Shown: positions 35,161-46,119 of the stretch, in pieces
Layout of the letters: the number at the start of each line of letters is the position of its first letter
Numbering within the stretch: the first letter of the stretch is position 1
Assembly (NCBI GenBank): GCA_017622795.1
Contig: JAGAQI010000075.1
Span: 6,477 to 70,476, forward strand
Reading direction: 5' to 3'
DNA: 64,000 bases
Source: Lachnospiraceae bacterium
Lineage (GTDB): Bacteria > Bacillota > Clostridia > Lachnospirales > Lachnospiraceae
Translations under genes and position numbers: made by a program
The notes under the pieces: generated by a model
What the model saw: only the letters and a program-made list of their open reading frames with translations
What the model was told of the DNA's origin: nothing
Database searches by the model: none

Positions 35161-36393
35161 ATGGCATCATTAATGCTTGGCATTGATTTCAGTAAAACAG
35201 ATATGCAAATCGGTATATGGAATGAAGAACGCACCTGTGCAGATGTTTATCAATTTCCTGAATACATGGGAGGAGATATTATTCCTACTATGGTGATTGC
35301 CAATGAAGAAGGTAATTTGCTGGTGGCCAAGGAAGCATTGGACTACAGCATGAAGACACAGCAACATGGTGTAACATCACTGTATGGAAATTTGTCCAAC
35401 GATAAAATTGATTTGGGCACCAGGCAGATGAGTGTAAACCAATTATTTGCACACTACCTTCAGGAAACACTTGCAGTAATAAGAAAACGTTTCGGAAGTG
35501 CTTCCATTGCAAGAATCGGGATTACCGGTGAGCGGATGACAGAGGAAAAGAAGCATCATTTGGCAGAAATTATGGAATCTATCGGATATTCCGGAGACAA
35601 ATTGTTTTTTGCTTCTCATGCAGATACCGTATTGTGGTATGAAATATGTGAGAGTACCAAAGGCAGCTCTATGACTCTTGATTTTGACAGCAAGGGAATG
35701 ATGGCTTATTTGATGAATCCGGGTAATGAAGATATGGATATCCCGTATTATGTGGAGACCATTGACTACACCGGTTTGATGCCTGGAGGATTAACCGGCA
35801 TTTTAGATGAAGAAGAGAGGAAAAACAGTTTTACCGGAGTAACAGAGCTGGCGATTGCAAGAAAGGCAGTGGCAAGGCTGTATGTTACGGGAGACATTGT
35901 GGATACACCGGGAGTTTCTACCATTTTGGGGCGGTTTTATAATAACGGCCGGAGAATATTCACCGGACGTAGTCTGTATTGCCTGGGAGCCTGCTATTAT
36001 GCCGTAAAAGAAAAACTTCCAAAGAAAGCCATCGGAGATGCTCAAATTTTCCATGATGTGACATTGGAAGCGTATGAAGATGCGGTGATACATCAGGTGC
36101 TGCTGCTGAAGGCAGGAACCGACCTTTCCAAAGCCGGTGCCGGTATTCAGGTAATATTGGACGATACAAGGGAAATGAAATTCCAAATTACGGATGTGCG
36201 TACTGCGGAATCGATTAATTGTACGTTACATCCGGAGGAGTTTCCTTTTAGGGAGAATAAAACCCTCCGCTTAGAAATTGAAGCAAGGTTTTTAGATTAT
36301 GAAACCTTGGTATTGAAAATCCGGGATGTGGGTTTCGGCGATATTTGTCCGGCATCCTATCGTGTATGGGAACAAACTGTTAATTTAGGCTAG
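35161..36393 (+). CDS. Hsp70/actin-fold-like protein with degenerate phosphate loops
   Basis: 410 aa; LGIDFSKTDMQIG (compare Hsp70 GIDLGTTNS), ARIGITGERMTEEKK (compare AVITVPAYFND), LTLDFDSKGMMAYL (compare FDLGGGTFD). Confidence 0.6.
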   Translation: MASLMLGIDFSKTDMQIGIWNEERTCADVYQFPEYMGGDIIPTMVIANEEGNLLVAKEALDYSMKTQQHGVTSLYGNLSNDKIDLGTRQMSVNQLFAHYLQETLAVIRKRFGSASIARIGITGERMTEEKKHHLAEIMESIGYSGDKLFFASHADTVLWYEICESTKGSSMTLDFDSKGMMAYLMNPGNEDMDIPYYVETIDYTGLMPGGLTGILDEEERKNSFTGVTELAIARKAVARLYVTGDIVDTPGVSTILGRFYNNGRRIFTGRSLYCLGACYYAVKEKLPKKAIGDAQIFHDVTLEAYEDAVIHQVLLLKAGTDLSKAGAGIQVILDDTREMKFQITDVRTAESINCTLHPEEFPFRENKTLRLEIEARFLDYETLVLKIRDVGFGDICPASYRVWEQTVNLG

Positions 36394-36406
36394 AGAGGAC
36401 CTTGTT

Positions 36407-37243
36407 ATGGGAAAGTTAATCGTTACAACAGGTAATTATGCAAAAACAGGATATCTGTTAAAAAATTCAAAACAGAATATTTATTCCATTGAAGAACTGT
36501 GCTATTGCATTATGCGGAATCCGGAACTGTGTGATGATTATCTGTATGATGAAGGTCTGGCACGTTATATCAGAGAGTCCTTAGGGCTTAAAGAACGTGG
36601 TGCTTTGCTTGCAGATTTGATTAAAAGAGATGCCCCGCTAAAGGATTTGATTACGGTAGTTTTTTGCAGTTGTGATTATTATACCAAAGAAGAAATTGAA
36701 GAATTTCTTCAGGAGCAGTCCAAGGTGGAGCGCAGTGAGGAGTGGGTTCGCACAAAAAGTAAGGCAGACAGTTATTTAACCCATGGCAACTTTAGAGATG
36801 CGGTAATGAATTACCGTTTTTTATTGAAAGAAAAAGAAACCTACGGAATTACATCGGAAACCTTAGGAGATATTTATCATAACCTGGCGATTGCATTGCT
36901 TCATACGGATGGTTTTGGTGAAGCAGCAGACTATTTCAGGGAGGCATATGAACGGAATAACCGTGAAGAAACATTGAAGCAGTATCTTTTAGCCTTACGG
37001 TTTTCCGGTGACCGGGTAATGTATGAATCGGCATTGGATATTTATCAGGTGTCGGAAAGTATTTCGAAATGGTTGGATGTGGCTTTTTTTCAGACAGAAC
37101 TGGAAACACAGGAAATTTCTGATTTTAATGATATCAATTTGCTTCGTCAGTTGTTGAGAGATGGAAAAATTAACGAATTTTACATCAATGTCAACCGGAT
37201 AACAGAGCAGATGAAAGAGCAGTACAGAAAATACAACGAATAA
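36407..37243 (+). CDS. Hypothetical protein with TPR-like helical segment
   Basis: 278 aa; 13-nt gap to the upstream gene; NLAIALLHTDGFGEAADYFREAYERNN is TPR-like. Confidence 0.6.
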   Translation: MGKLIVTTGNYAKTGYLLKNSKQNIYSIEELCYCIMRNPELCDDYLYDEGLARYIRESLGLKERGALLADLIKRDAPLKDLITVVFCSCDYYTKEEIEEFLQEQSKVERSEEWVRTKSKADSYLTHGNFRDAVMNYRFLLKEKETYGITSETLGDIYHNLAIALLHTDGFGEAADYFREAYERNNREETLKQYLLALRFSGDRVMYESALDIYQVSESISKWLDVAFFQTELETQEISDFNDINLLRQLLRDGKINEFYINVNRITEQMKEQYRKYNE

Positions 37244-37258
37244 CGAGTGGGGAAAGCA

Positions 37259-38428
37259 ATGGGATTTTTTCGGAATTTGTTTCAGAGAAAAAAGAAAAAA
37301 GAGCAGACTGCCGAGATAAAGCAGGAGGATAAGCTGGTATTAAAGGATGGCATTTACAGCACAACGGAAGAACGGACCGGATTTGTGCAAAGCTGCTGCG
37401 ATTTGATTAACGAGGCGGGACGCCAGCGGTTTGAAGCGAAGAAGGAGTATGAAGTAGTCACCTCATATTTGGCAGATATTCAAAAAATTGATTTACTTCC
37501 TGCCCAGGCAAAAAAATCCATTGATGATATGGCAAGAAAGCTGATTGCTCTCAATCAGGAACGGCAGAAAATGCAGAAAATTACTCCAAAAATTACAATA
37601 GCCCAGCGTTTGGCGTTGGAGCCTTATGAGGATACCATTTTAGAAGAGATAAGAAAAATGGAAGAGCAGGAGAATTATTTGCAGGTAATTAATTCAGACA
37701 TCCGTTATTTGGAAAGTGAAAAGGCTTCTTTGGATTATGAACTGCAGGATGTTACGGAACGTGATGAACAGGGCAGAAAAATGCTGACGGTAGCCGGTGT
37801 CTTTATCATTATTTTCCTTATTTTCCTGTTTACTTTGCAGGAAGTGGCTAATAAGAATGTGCAGTTGCCATTTATTTTTACGATTGCCTTTGGTATTATT
37901 GTGATTGCCTACTTCTATTTTTCCAACCGTAAGAATCAATATGATTTAAAAATGGCAGAACTTAAAATGAACCGTGCCATTATGTTACTGAATAAGGTAA
38001 AAATAAAGTATGTGAACTGTACTAATCTGCTGGATTACTTATATGAAAAGTTTCATGTAAATAATGCGCAGGAATTACATTATCACTGGCAGGAGTATAT
38101 GCGTATTGTGGAAGAGGAACGCCGTTTCAAAAAGACAGCAGAGTCCATCGATTTTTATACGGAAGAAATTGTCCGTGAGTTAAAGAAAAACGGTGTTTCG
38201 GATGCGGCGGTCTGGGGATATCAGATAGAGGCATTGGTAGATCCGAAGGAAATGGTAGAGGTCAGACACCGCTTAAATGTGCGCCGTCAGAAACTTCGTC
38301 AGCGGATTGATTACAACAATAATCAGGAAGAAATGGCCAGAAAGTCGTTACGTACCTTCCGGGAACGCCATGTGGCATTTGATTCGGAAACATTAATGAT
38401 TTTGGCAAAAAATGAGGTGGAAGTGTAG
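37259..38428 (+). CDS. Coiled-coil membrane protein (two central TM helices)
   Basis: ATG 37259 behind GTGGGGAAAG (the track starts at GTG 37247); TM pair MLTVAGVFIIIFLIFLF / LPFIFTIAFGIIVIAYFYF flanked by coiled-coil-like segments. Confidence 0.6.
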   Translation: MGFFRNLFQRKKKKEQTAEIKQEDKLVLKDGIYSTTEERTGFVQSCCDLINEAGRQRFEAKKEYEVVTSYLADIQKIDLLPAQAKKSIDDMARKLIALNQERQKMQKITPKITIAQRLALEPYEDTILEEIRKMEEQENYLQVINSDIRYLESEKASLDYELQDVTERDEQGRKMLTVAGVFIIIFLIFLFTLQEVANKNVQLPFIFTIAFGIIVIAYFYFSNRKNQYDLKMAELKMNRAIMLLNKVKIKYVNCTNLLDYLYEKFHVNNAQELHYHWQEYMRIVEEERRFKKTAESIDFYTEEIVRELKKNGVSDAAVWGYQIEALVDPKEMVEVRHRLNVRRQKLRQRIDYNNNQEEMARKSLRTFRERHVAFDSETLMILAKNEVEV

Positions 38429-38509
38429 AATTTAAGAGAAATTTTGATTTTATCTCTTGACATTTCTCTAAAATTTCTTTACTATACAAAGAAGATATAG
38501 TTAAATGTA

Positions 38510-38760
38510 ATGATGAAGAGGAGTAAGCAAAGAAACTTTTCAGAGAGCAGACCGGTAATTGCTGTGAGGTCTGTATGGCGAATTTGCTGAAGGTAGCTTC
38601 GGAACAGTATTTCTGAACAGTGTAAACTTAAGTAGGAGGTACCGGCTCACACCGTTATCCGTGACGTCTGTGTCAGCAGACAATGAGGCAGTAGTAATAC
38701 TGTGAAAAAAGGTGGTACCACGAATGACCCGTCGTCCTTTTAGGATGACGGGTCTTTTTA
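38510..38760 (+). promoter_or_regulatory. T-box leader controlling valS
   Basis: AGAGAG at 38542; candidate specifier GUA at 38593-38595 within GAAGGTAG; T-box AAAAAGGTGGTACCACGAATG at 38706-38726; terminator GACCCGTCGTCC / GGATGACGGGTC plus T5 at 38726-38760. Confidence 0.8.
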
Positions 38761-38781
38761 CGTTGATAAAGGAGGTCTATT

Positions 38782-41469
38782 ATGAGAAAAGAATTAGCAA
38801 AGAACTACGATCCAAAAGACATTGAAGACAGATTGTATTCCAAGTGGCTGGATAAGAAATATTTCCACGCCGAAGTGGATGAAACCAAGAAACCGTTTAC
38901 CATTGTGATTCCACCGCCAAACATTACCGGTCAGCTTCACATGGGCCATGCACTGGACAACACCATGCAGGATATTTTAATCCGTTTTAAGAGAATGCAG
39001 GGTTATAACGCTCTGTGGCAGCCGGGTACCGACCATGCCAGCATTGCGACAGAGGTAAAGATTATCGAAAAGATGAAGGAAGAGGGTATTTCCAAGGAAG
39101 ATCTTGGCCGTGAAGGCTTTTTAGAGCGTGCCTGGGACTGGAAGAAAGAATACGGCGGCAGAATTATCAGCCAGTTAAAGAAGCTTGGTTCCTCCTGTGA
39201 CTGGGACAGAGAGCGCTTCACCATGGATGAAGGCTGTAACAAGGCCGTAGAAGAAGTATTCTGCAAGATGCATCAGAAGGGACTTATCTACAAGGGCTCC
39301 AGAATTATCAACTGGTGTCCGGTATGTCATACTTCTATCTCCGATGCAGAAGTAGTTTATGAGGAACAGGCGGGCCATTTCTGGCATATTAAGTATCCGG
39401 TAGTAGGTACTGACGACTTCTTACAGTTTGCTACCACCAGACCGGAAACCATGCTTGGTGATACCGCTATCGCCGTTCATCCGGAAGATGAAAGATATAC
39501 TCACTTAGTTGGCAAGATGGTAAAGGTTCCGTTTGTTGACCGTGAAATTCCGATTATTGCAGATACTTACGTTGAAAAGGATTTTGGTACCGGTGTAGTT
39601 AAGATTACTCCTGCCCATGACCCTAACGACTACGAAGTTGGTAAGCGTCATAACCTTCCTGAAATCAATATTATGAATGACGATGCTACCATCAATGCCA
39701 ACGGCGGAAAGTTTGAAGGCATGGACCGTTACGAAGCTAGAAAGCAGATTGTAGCAGAACTCGATGAAATGGGTCTTCTTGTAAAGGTAGAAGATTACAC
39801 CCATAATGTAGGTACCCACGACCGTTGTAAGACCACCGTTGAACCGATGATTAAGCCACAGTGGTTCGTAAAGATGGACGAACTGATTAAGCCGGCGGTT
39901 GAGGCTGTTAAGAATAACGAGATTACTTTAATACCGGAACGTATGGAAAAGACTTACTACAACTGGACCGATAACATCCGAGACTGGTGTATCTCCAGAC
40001 AATTATGGTGGGGCCACAGAATTCCTGCGTATTACTGCCAAAAGTGCGGTGAAGTTATTGTTGCTAAGACGAAGGACGCTCCAAGTGTATGTCCAAAGTG
40101 CGGATGCAACCACTTAGAGCAGGATCCGGACACTTTAGATACCTGGTTTTCCTCTGCATTATGGCCATTCTCCACTCTTGGCTGGCCGGAAAAGACCAAG
40201 GATTTAGAGTACTTCTATCCAACCGACGTTTTAGTTACCGGTTATGATATTATCTTCTTCTGGGTAATCCGTATGATTTTCTCCGGTTACGAGCATATGC
40301 AGGAGAAACCGTTTAAGACTGTATTGTTCCACGGCTTAGTACGTGACTCCCAGGGTCGTAAGATGAGTAAGTCCTTAGGAAACGGTATCGATCCACTGGA
40401 AGTGATTGATAAGTACGGTGCGGATGCACTCAGATTTACACTGATTACCGGTAATGCACCTGGTAACGACATGCGTTTCTACTGGGAAAGAGTAGAAGCG
40501 AGCAGAAACTTTGCCAATAAGGTTTGGAATGCTTCCCGTTTCATCATGATGTACATGGACCAGATGGCAGAAGCGGGTCTTAAGTTTGATTTAAAGAACG
40601 TTGATAAGGCAAACTTAGAAGATGCGGACTGTTGGATTTTATCCAGATTCAATACTGTAGTAAAAGAAGTAACCGACAATATGGAAAGCTTTGAGCTTGG
40701 TGTAGCGGCCCAGAAGATTTATGATTTCATTTATGATGATTTGTGCGACTGGTACATTGAAATGGTTAAGCCTCGTTTCTTTGGTGATAATGCAACTTCC
40801 AAGGAAACTGCTATGTGGACACTTCGCCATGTTCTCACCGGTGCATTAAAGTTATTACATCCATATATGCCATTTATTACAGAAGAAATTTTCTGCACGT
40901 TAAAGGAAGCAGAAGGTACACTTGATGAGAACGAATCCATTATGATTTCCGAGTGGCCGACCTACAATGCAGAATTTGATTTTGCAGAAAAGGCAGCTGC
41001 GGTAGAAATGATTAAGGAAGCAGTTAAGGGTATCCGTAATGTTCGTACCCAGATGAATGTACCGCCAAGTAGAAAGGCAACCGTTTATGTTGTTTCTGCA
41101 GAAGAGGCAGTTCGTAACACGTTTGAGGGAAGTAAGGTATTCTTTGCAACTCTCGGTGGTGCCAGCGAAGTACTTATTCAGGAAGATAAGGCAGGAATCG
41201 CAGAAGATGCAGTATCTGCAGTACTTCCACAGGCAGTAATCTACATTCCGTTCTCTGATTTAGTTGATATCGAGAAGGAAATTGAGCGTCTGAATAAAGA
41301 AAAGGCACGTCTTACCGGTGAAATTAAGCGTGGTGAGGGCATGCTTTCTAATGCTAACTTCGTAGCTAAGGCGCCGGAGGCAAAGATTGCAGAAGAAAGA
41401 GCAAAGTTAGAAAACTACAAGAGCATGATGGCTCAGGTAGAAGAAAGACTGGCAGCTCTCAGCAAGTAA
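38782..41469 (+). CDS. valS: Valine--tRNA ligase
   Basis: 895 aa; HIGH-type HMGHAL, KMSKS, C-terminal coiled coil. Confidence 0.95.
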   Translation: MRKELAKNYDPKDIEDRLYSKWLDKKYFHAEVDETKKPFTIVIPPPNITGQLHMGHALDNTMQDILIRFKRMQGYNALWQPGTDHASIATEVKIIEKMKEEGISKEDLGREGFLERAWDWKKEYGGRIISQLKKLGSSCDWDRERFTMDEGCNKAVEEVFCKMHQKGLIYKGSRIINWCPVCHTSISDAEVVYEEQAGHFWHIKYPVVGTDDFLQFATTRPETMLGDTAIAVHPEDERYTHLVGKMVKVPFVDREIPIIADTYVEKDFGTGVVKITPAHDPNDYEVGKRHNLPEINIMNDDATINANGGKFEGMDRYEARKQIVAELDEMGLLVKVEDYTHNVGTHDRCKTTVEPMIKPQWFVKMDELIKPAVEAVKNNEITLIPERMEKTYYNWTDNIRDWCISRQLWWGHRIPAYYCQKCGEVIVAKTKDAPSVCPKCGCNHLEQDPDTLDTWFSSALWPFSTLGWPEKTKDLEYFYPTDVLVTGYDIIFFWVIRMIFSGYEHMQEKPFKTVLFHGLVRDSQGRKMSKSLGNGIDPLEVIDKYGADALRFTLITGNAPGNDMRFYWERVEASRNFANKVWNASRFIMMYMDQMAEAGLKFDLKNVDKANLEDADCWILSRFNTVVKEVTDNMESFELGVAAQKIYDFIYDDLCDWYIEMVKPRFFGDNATSKETAMWTLRHVLTGALKLLHPYMPFITEEIFCTLKEAEGTLDENESIMISEWPTYNAEFDFAEKAAAVEMIKEAVKGIRNVRTQMNVPPSRKATVYVVSAEEAVRNTFEGSKVFFATLGGASEVLIQEDKAGIAEDAVSAVLPQAVIYIPFSDLVDIEKEIERLNKEKARLTGEIKRGEGMLSNANFVAKAPEAKIAEERAKLENYKSMMAQVEERLAALSK

Positions 41470-41638
41470 AAAAGAAATAAAACGAATATACATTCTGAGG
41501 AATCCGCCAGTTTATGGCGGATTTCCGCAGTTTGTGCGGTGATTTACTAAATTCCTTTATAGTTTTTCTTGCATTTTTGTGTTGGGAAAGGTAAGATGGT
41601 AAAGTAACATAGATTTGCGAAGGAAAGGATGAAAGCAA

Positions 41639-41773
41639 ATGATTAATTATGAAGAAGAACTTGCTAAATTTCAGCCGAGTCTTGAAATTGATGAAGCGGA
41701 AGAAGCAATTTTGCATAACGATTTAACGGATATTTCTGACATTATTGAACTGATTGTGAAATCCGGTAAATAG
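41639..41773 (+). CDS. Possible 44-aa acidic microprotein
   Basis: Absent from the ORF track; MINYEEELAKFQPSLEIDEAEEAILHNDLTDISDIIELIVKSGK; RBS-like GGAAAGGA upstream; ends 17 nt before the next gene. Confidence 0.3.
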   Translation: MINYEEELAKFQPSLEIDEAEEAILHNDLTDISDIIELIVKSGK

Positions 41774-41790
41774 AAGGAACGAGGTATACT

Positions 41791-43224
41791 ATGAATTGTC
41801 CGAAGTGTGGCCATGAGATAATAAAATGGCGGAAACGCTGCGAAATCTGCGGACAGGACATCAGTGTTTATGAGCGTCTCAGAAAAATATCCAATGCATT
41901 TTATAATAAAGGCTTGGAGCGTGCTAAAGTTAGGGATTTAAGCGGCGCTATAGAAATGCTGAAAAAAAGTCTGGAGATAAATAAAGAAAATACGGATGCC
42001 AGAAATCTGTTGGGTCTTGTCTATTTTGAAATGGGAGAAGTTGTGGCTGCTTTAAGTGAATGGGTAATCAGCCAGAATTTTCAGCCGGAAGATAATGCCG
42101 CAGCTGATTTTTTGAAGAAGGTTCAGTCTGATACCGTGGCATTCGATGGAATGAATCAGACCATAAAGAAGTATAATATTGCCCTAATGAATGCAAAGCG
42201 TCAGGATGATGATTTAGCTATTTTGCAGCTAAAGCGTGTGATTAGCCAGAATCCTAAGTTTGTGCAGGCATTGTTATTACTTGCATTGATTTATCTGAAA
42301 AATTGTGAATACGAGAAAGCAAGACGTTGTCTTGTGCGAGTGCAAAAAATTGACGTGGCAAATGTCACGGCGTTGCGCTATTTGGAAGAAATCCGTTTAA
42401 ATACCCAGCAGGGTGGACAGGCGCAGCAGGAGGTAAGTAAAGATTTTGATGATTCCTCTGTTTCTTCCCAAATTGTGCCAATTAGTACGTACCGTGAAGA
42501 CAAACCGAACTTCATTGCCTTTATTACATTTTTCCTTGGAATTCTGATCGGAGTTGCTGTTATTTATTATATGGCAGTACCAAATATCCGCCAGAGTATT
42601 ATGGAGGAATATAATAAAAAAGAACGGGATTACAGTGCGGTTGTCAGTGCTAAGGATGTGGAGATTTCTTCCCTGAAAAGTGATATCCGGATTTTGGAAA
42701 ATAAAGTAGATGATTTGGAGCGCACACTCAGAAGAGAAGAAGGCTATACCTTAATTGACTATGAACCGCTGATTGATTTGCTTCATTCCTATCAGGAGTA
42801 TTTAAAAACGGAAAAACCTTCCCTGGAGCAGACGGAAGAATTGTTGTTGGCTGCAGAGGGATTGGATATGACCGATATGACTGATTTGTCAGCAGTGGCT
42901 TTGTATAACGATATGGTAAAGGGGCTTAAGCAAAAGGCAGGTGCATTCTATCTGGAAGAGGGCATGTTCTTTTATGCAGGAGGAAACCAGGAAGAGGCAT
43001 TGCTCTGGTTTGAAAAGGCATACAATTGTATTCCAAACGAGCCGGAAGTACTTTACCACCTGGCAAGAATTTACCATAATCTTGGCGATTTAGAACAGGC
43101 AAAGGCATTGTATGAGATTTTGATAGACGAGCATCAGGATTCTACCAGAAGCCAGGAGGCAGCAACTTATTTGGAATATGTAAATAAAACCCTGGAGGAT
43201 GCGGCACAAAATCCTGCGGAATAA
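41791..43224 (+). CDS. Zinc-ribbon / TPR / TM / coiled-coil / TPR protein
   Basis: 477 aa; N-terminal CPKCG...CEICG, TPR-like repeats, TM FIAFITFFLGILIGVAVIYYMAV. Confidence 0.7.
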   Translation: MNCPKCGHEIIKWRKRCEICGQDISVYERLRKISNAFYNKGLERAKVRDLSGAIEMLKKSLEINKENTDARNLLGLVYFEMGEVVAALSEWVISQNFQPEDNAAADFLKKVQSDTVAFDGMNQTIKKYNIALMNAKRQDDDLAILQLKRVISQNPKFVQALLLLALIYLKNCEYEKARRCLVRVQKIDVANVTALRYLEEIRLNTQQGGQAQQEVSKDFDDSSVSSQIVPISTYREDKPNFIAFITFFLGILIGVAVIYYMAVPNIRQSIMEEYNKKERDYSAVVSAKDVEISSLKSDIRILENKVDDLERTLRREEGYTLIDYEPLIDLLHSYQEYLKTEKPSLEQTEELLLAAEGLDMTDMTDLSAVALYNDMVKGLKQKAGAFYLEEGMFFYAGGNQEEALLWFEKAYNCIPNEPEVLYHLARIYHNLGDLEQAKALYEILIDEHQDSTRSQEAATYLEYVNKTLEDAAQNPAE

Positions 43225-43327
43225 AAACAGAATAAGTTTACAGAGGATAAAAGACGAGAGTCTGAAGAAAGTTTCTTTGGATTCCCGTCTTTTTTTATCG
43301 CTAAAAATGCTAATAAGGAGGATAACA

Positions 43328-43654
43328 GTGAGAGCAGAAGAATTTGAAGTGAACGGAACAACCATGGTGATTCATTTACAGGAGGAACTGGATCACCATA
43401 ATGCGGTTTATATCCGGGAAATGGCGGATGGATATGTGGATAAGTATCCAATCAATACCATTGTTTTTGATTTCAGCAACGTGAAGTTTATGGACAGTTC
43501 CGGAATCGGAGTAATTATGGGACGGTATAAGCAGATGTCTTATGTAGGCGGCTCCGTATATGTGTACGGAATAGGAAGCAATGTAGACAGAATATTTGAA
43601 ATGTCCGGATTATACAAGATTGTAAAGAAGTGGAATCAGGCGGAGGTGAAATAA
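43328..43654 (+). CDS. spoIIAA: Anti-sigma-F factor antagonist SpoIIAA (STAS)
   Basis: GTG 43328 behind TAAGGAGGA; STAS domain with phosphorylatable Ser context FMDSSGIGVI; operon context. Confidence 0.85.
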   Translation: MRAEEFEVNGTTMVIHLQEELDHHNAVYIREMADGYVDKYPINTIVFDFSNVKFMDSSGIGVIMGRYKQMSYVGGSVYVYGIGSNVDRIFEMSGLYKIVKKWNQAEVK

Positions 43655-43656
43655 AC

Positions 43657-44118
43657 ATGAGAGAGAATAATAAAAATATATGTGAACTCAGTTTTTTAGC
43701 AATATCAGAGAATGAATCATTTGCCAGAATGGCAGCAGCGGCATTTGTGATGCCGCAAAATCCTACCTTGGAAGAAATCTCTGATATTAAAACTGCTATT
43801 TCGGAGGCAGTAACCAATGCAATCCTACATGGATATAACCAGGATGCGAAGGGAATGGTACATATGAGGTGTGAACAGATGGGAGAAATTTTTACGTTTA
43901 TTATATCTGACGAGGGTGTGGGAATAGACAACGTAGAACAGGCGATGGAGCCTTTATTTACCTCAAAACCGGAATTGGAGCGGTCCGGTATGGGATTTTC
44001 CTTTATGGAAGCTTTTATGGATACATTGTCAGTAGAGTCAGAACCGGGAAAAGGAACAAGGGTTATCATGACAAAGCGGCTTGGAGCAGATGTGCCGTCA
44101 TCATCTTTTGACGAGTAG
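43657..44118 (+). CDS. spoIIAB: Anti-sigma-F factor SpoIIAB (Ser kinase)
   Basis: ATG 43657 behind GGAGGTG; HATPase_c motifs EAVTNAILHG, DEGVGI, SGMGFS. Confidence 0.85.
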   Translation: MRENNKNICELSFLAISENESFARMAAAAFVMPQNPTLEEISDIKTAISEAVTNAILHGYNQDAKGMVHMRCEQMGEIFTFIISDEGVGIDNVEQAMEPLFTSKPELERSGMGFSFMEAFMDTLSVESEPGKGTRVIMTKRLGADVPSSSFDE

Positions 44119-44127
44119 GAGGTGGCC

Positions 44128-44847
44128 ATGGATACCCAGTTACTTATCCGGAAAGCACAAGAAGGGGATAAAGTGGCAAGGGAACAGGTGATAAATGAAA
44201 ATGTGGGGCTGGTATGGAGTATTGTCAGACGTTTTTTGGGAAGAGGGCAAGAGGCGGAAGATTTATTTCAAATTGGTGCTATAGGATTAATGAAGGCGGT
44301 GGACAAGTTTGATTTATCCTATGAAGTAATGTTCAGTACGTATGCGGTTCCGATGATCAGTGGCGAAATTAAGCGATATTTAAGGGACAACAACAGTTTG
44401 ATTAAAATGAGCCGTTCCATTAAAGAAAACGGTTGGAAAATAAAGGCGGCCCAGGAGCGTCTGAACTTTGAACTCGGCAGGGATGCAACACTGGAAGAAT
44501 TGGCGGCAGCGACCGAACTTTCCATGGAAGATGTGGTAACAGCATTAGAAGCAGGAAGTGAAATTGAATCCATTTATAAAACGGTATATCAGGGAGATGG
44601 CAATGAAATATATTTGGTGGATCGTATCAGAGAGGAGAAAAATGAAGCAGAACTTCTGATTGACCGCATGACAGTAGAGCAGTTGCTGAACAGTCTTACA
44701 GAGGAAGAAAAGCTTCTGATTACATCCCGGTATTTCGAAGATAAAACTCAGATGGAAACGGCAAAATTGCTGGGTATCAGTCAGGTGCAGGTGAGTCGTT
44801 TGGAAAAGAAAATTTTATTAAAAATGAGAAAAAATGTGCAAGGGTGA
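44128..44847 (+). CDS. sigF: Sporulation sigma factor SigF
   Basis: Sigma-70 region 2 (FSTYAVPMISGEIKRYLRD) and region 4 HTH (TQMETAKLLGISQVQVSRLEKK); follows spoIIAA-AB. Confidence 0.85.
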   Translation: MDTQLLIRKAQEGDKVAREQVINENVGLVWSIVRRFLGRGQEAEDLFQIGAIGLMKAVDKFDLSYEVMFSTYAVPMISGEIKRYLRDNNSLIKMSRSIKENGWKIKAAQERLNFELGRDATLEELAAATELSMEDVVTALEAGSEIESIYKTVYQGDGNEIYLVDRIREEKNEAELLIDRMTVEQLLNSLTEEEKLLITSRYFEDKTQMETAKLLGISQVQVSRLEKKILLKMRKNVQG

Positions 44848-44898
44848 ATAAACAGGAATAATTTGCGGATACTAACAAAAATTCCAAAACAGAAAGGA

Positions 44899-45054
44899 AT
44901 GGTGAGAGTAGTGTCTGCAAAACAGCGAACGATTGTGATTTTTGCTATTCTGGCAGTGGTTCTGGTTGCTGTCGGTCTGATTATATATTCCGTAGTAAAT
45001 GCCGGGGAATATGACGGTATTTTTGTGAATGGGGTAAGGCAGGTGCTTTTATAG
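44899..45054 (+). CDS. Possible small membrane protein; start uncertain
   Basis: Single TM TIVIFAILAVVLVAVGLIIYSVV; stop abuts the spoVAA ATG; no clear RBS. Confidence 0.35.
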   Translation: MVRVVSAKQRTIVIFAILAVVLVAVGLIIYSVVNAGEYDGIFVNGVRQVLL

Positions 45055-45672
45055 ATGAGTACGGTTTATATTAAACCGGAGTTGAGTTGTCTTGTTTCTC
45101 ACAAAAAAATAACGGTAGCTGATGTGTGTCAGGTATATGCAGCAGAGGAAAATATCGCAAAACAGGTACGTCAGGTACCGTTGTTTCAAATAAGTAAGTC
45201 ACAGGAGAAAAATAAAATTTCGCTATCTTCCCTGTATGTAATTCGTCATATTATGGAAGCTGTGCATGGTGTAACGGTAATTAACTTGGGGGAACCGGAT
45301 TTTCTTGTGGAGTATCTTCCGCCCGGACCGAAAAAGAAATGGCTGGACTATGTAAAGGCAGTACTTGTGGGAATTGTGGTGTTTTTTGGCTCCGCTTTTA
45401 CCATAATGACGTTTAATGAGGATGCCAGTTTGCCTGTGATTTTTGGCAGAATATATGAAAGTGTGAGTGGTGATCCGGCAGGAAACGGATGGTTGGAGGT
45501 ATTTTATTCCCTGGGCCTTCCGTTGGGGATTATTTTATTCTTCAATCATTTTGCTTCTGCAAAGCTGAGCAACGATCCGACACCTCTGCAGATTCAGATG
45601 CGCCAGTATGAAATGCAAGAAGATACTACCATTATTGAGAATGCTGCAAGGAAAGGGGAGCGGCTGGAATAA
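45055..45672 (+). CDS. spoVAA: Stage V sporulation protein AA
   Basis: 205 aa; soluble N-terminal domain plus C-terminal TMs; position and length as for SpoVAA; resembles the Bacillus SpoVAA N-terminus. Confidence 0.7.
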   Translation: MSTVYIKPELSCLVSHKKITVADVCQVYAAEENIAKQVRQVPLFQISKSQEKNKISLSSLYVIRHIMEAVHGVTVINLGEPDFLVEYLPPGPKKKWLDYVKAVLVGIVVFFGSAFTIMTFNEDASLPVIFGRIYESVSGDPAGNGWLEVFYSLGLPLGIILFFNHFASAKLSNDPTPLQIQMRQYEMQEDTTIIENAARKGERLE

Positions 45673-46082
45673 TGTGGTGGCAGAATGTGATATATGCCGG
45701 TGTGGGACTTTGCGGCGGACTTTTGGTAGCAGGCGGACTGTTTGCGTTTTTGGCTTTGGTAGGGGTCATTACCAGATTGGCGGCAGGCACCGCTACAGCG
45801 AAATATTTGACCTTTTACGAAGATATGGCACTGCTTGGCTGTGTGGGAGGAAACTTACTGTTTATATACCGATTCGGTTTACCGCCGGGGAACTTGTTTC
45901 TTGCAATGTATGGAATAGGCTCCGGCATATTCACAGGATGTCTGGCAGCGGCATTATCGGAGGTGGTAAATATGTTTCCGGTACTAAGTGAAAGAGTCAG
46001 TTTAAAAAAAGGAATGGCAGGGATTATGGCCATGTTTGCAATAGGCAAGCTGGTGGGCTCATTATTTGGATTACTGTGGTAA
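45672..46082 (+). CDS. spoVAB: Stage V sporulation protein AB
   Basis: 136 aa, polytopic membrane protein; 1-nt overlap with the spoVAA stop; operon context. Confidence 0.65.
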   Translation: MWWQNVIYAGVGLCGGLLVAGGLFAFLALVGVITRLAAGTATAKYLTFYEDMALLGCVGGNLLFIYRFGLPPGNLFLAMYGIGSGIFTGCLAAALSEVVNMFPVLSERVSLKKGMAGIMAMFAIGKLVGSLFGLLW

Positions 46083-46119
46083 TCAGAATGGACAGAGAGT
46101 AACAATACAGGAGGTAACT

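Noticed and set aside
38589-38596. valS T-box specifier could be read as GAA-GGU-A, a Gly codon
   Set aside because: The downstream gene is clearly valS. The overlapping reading GUA (38593-38595) followed by a purine fits a Val specifier. The exact register needs a covariance-model alignment.
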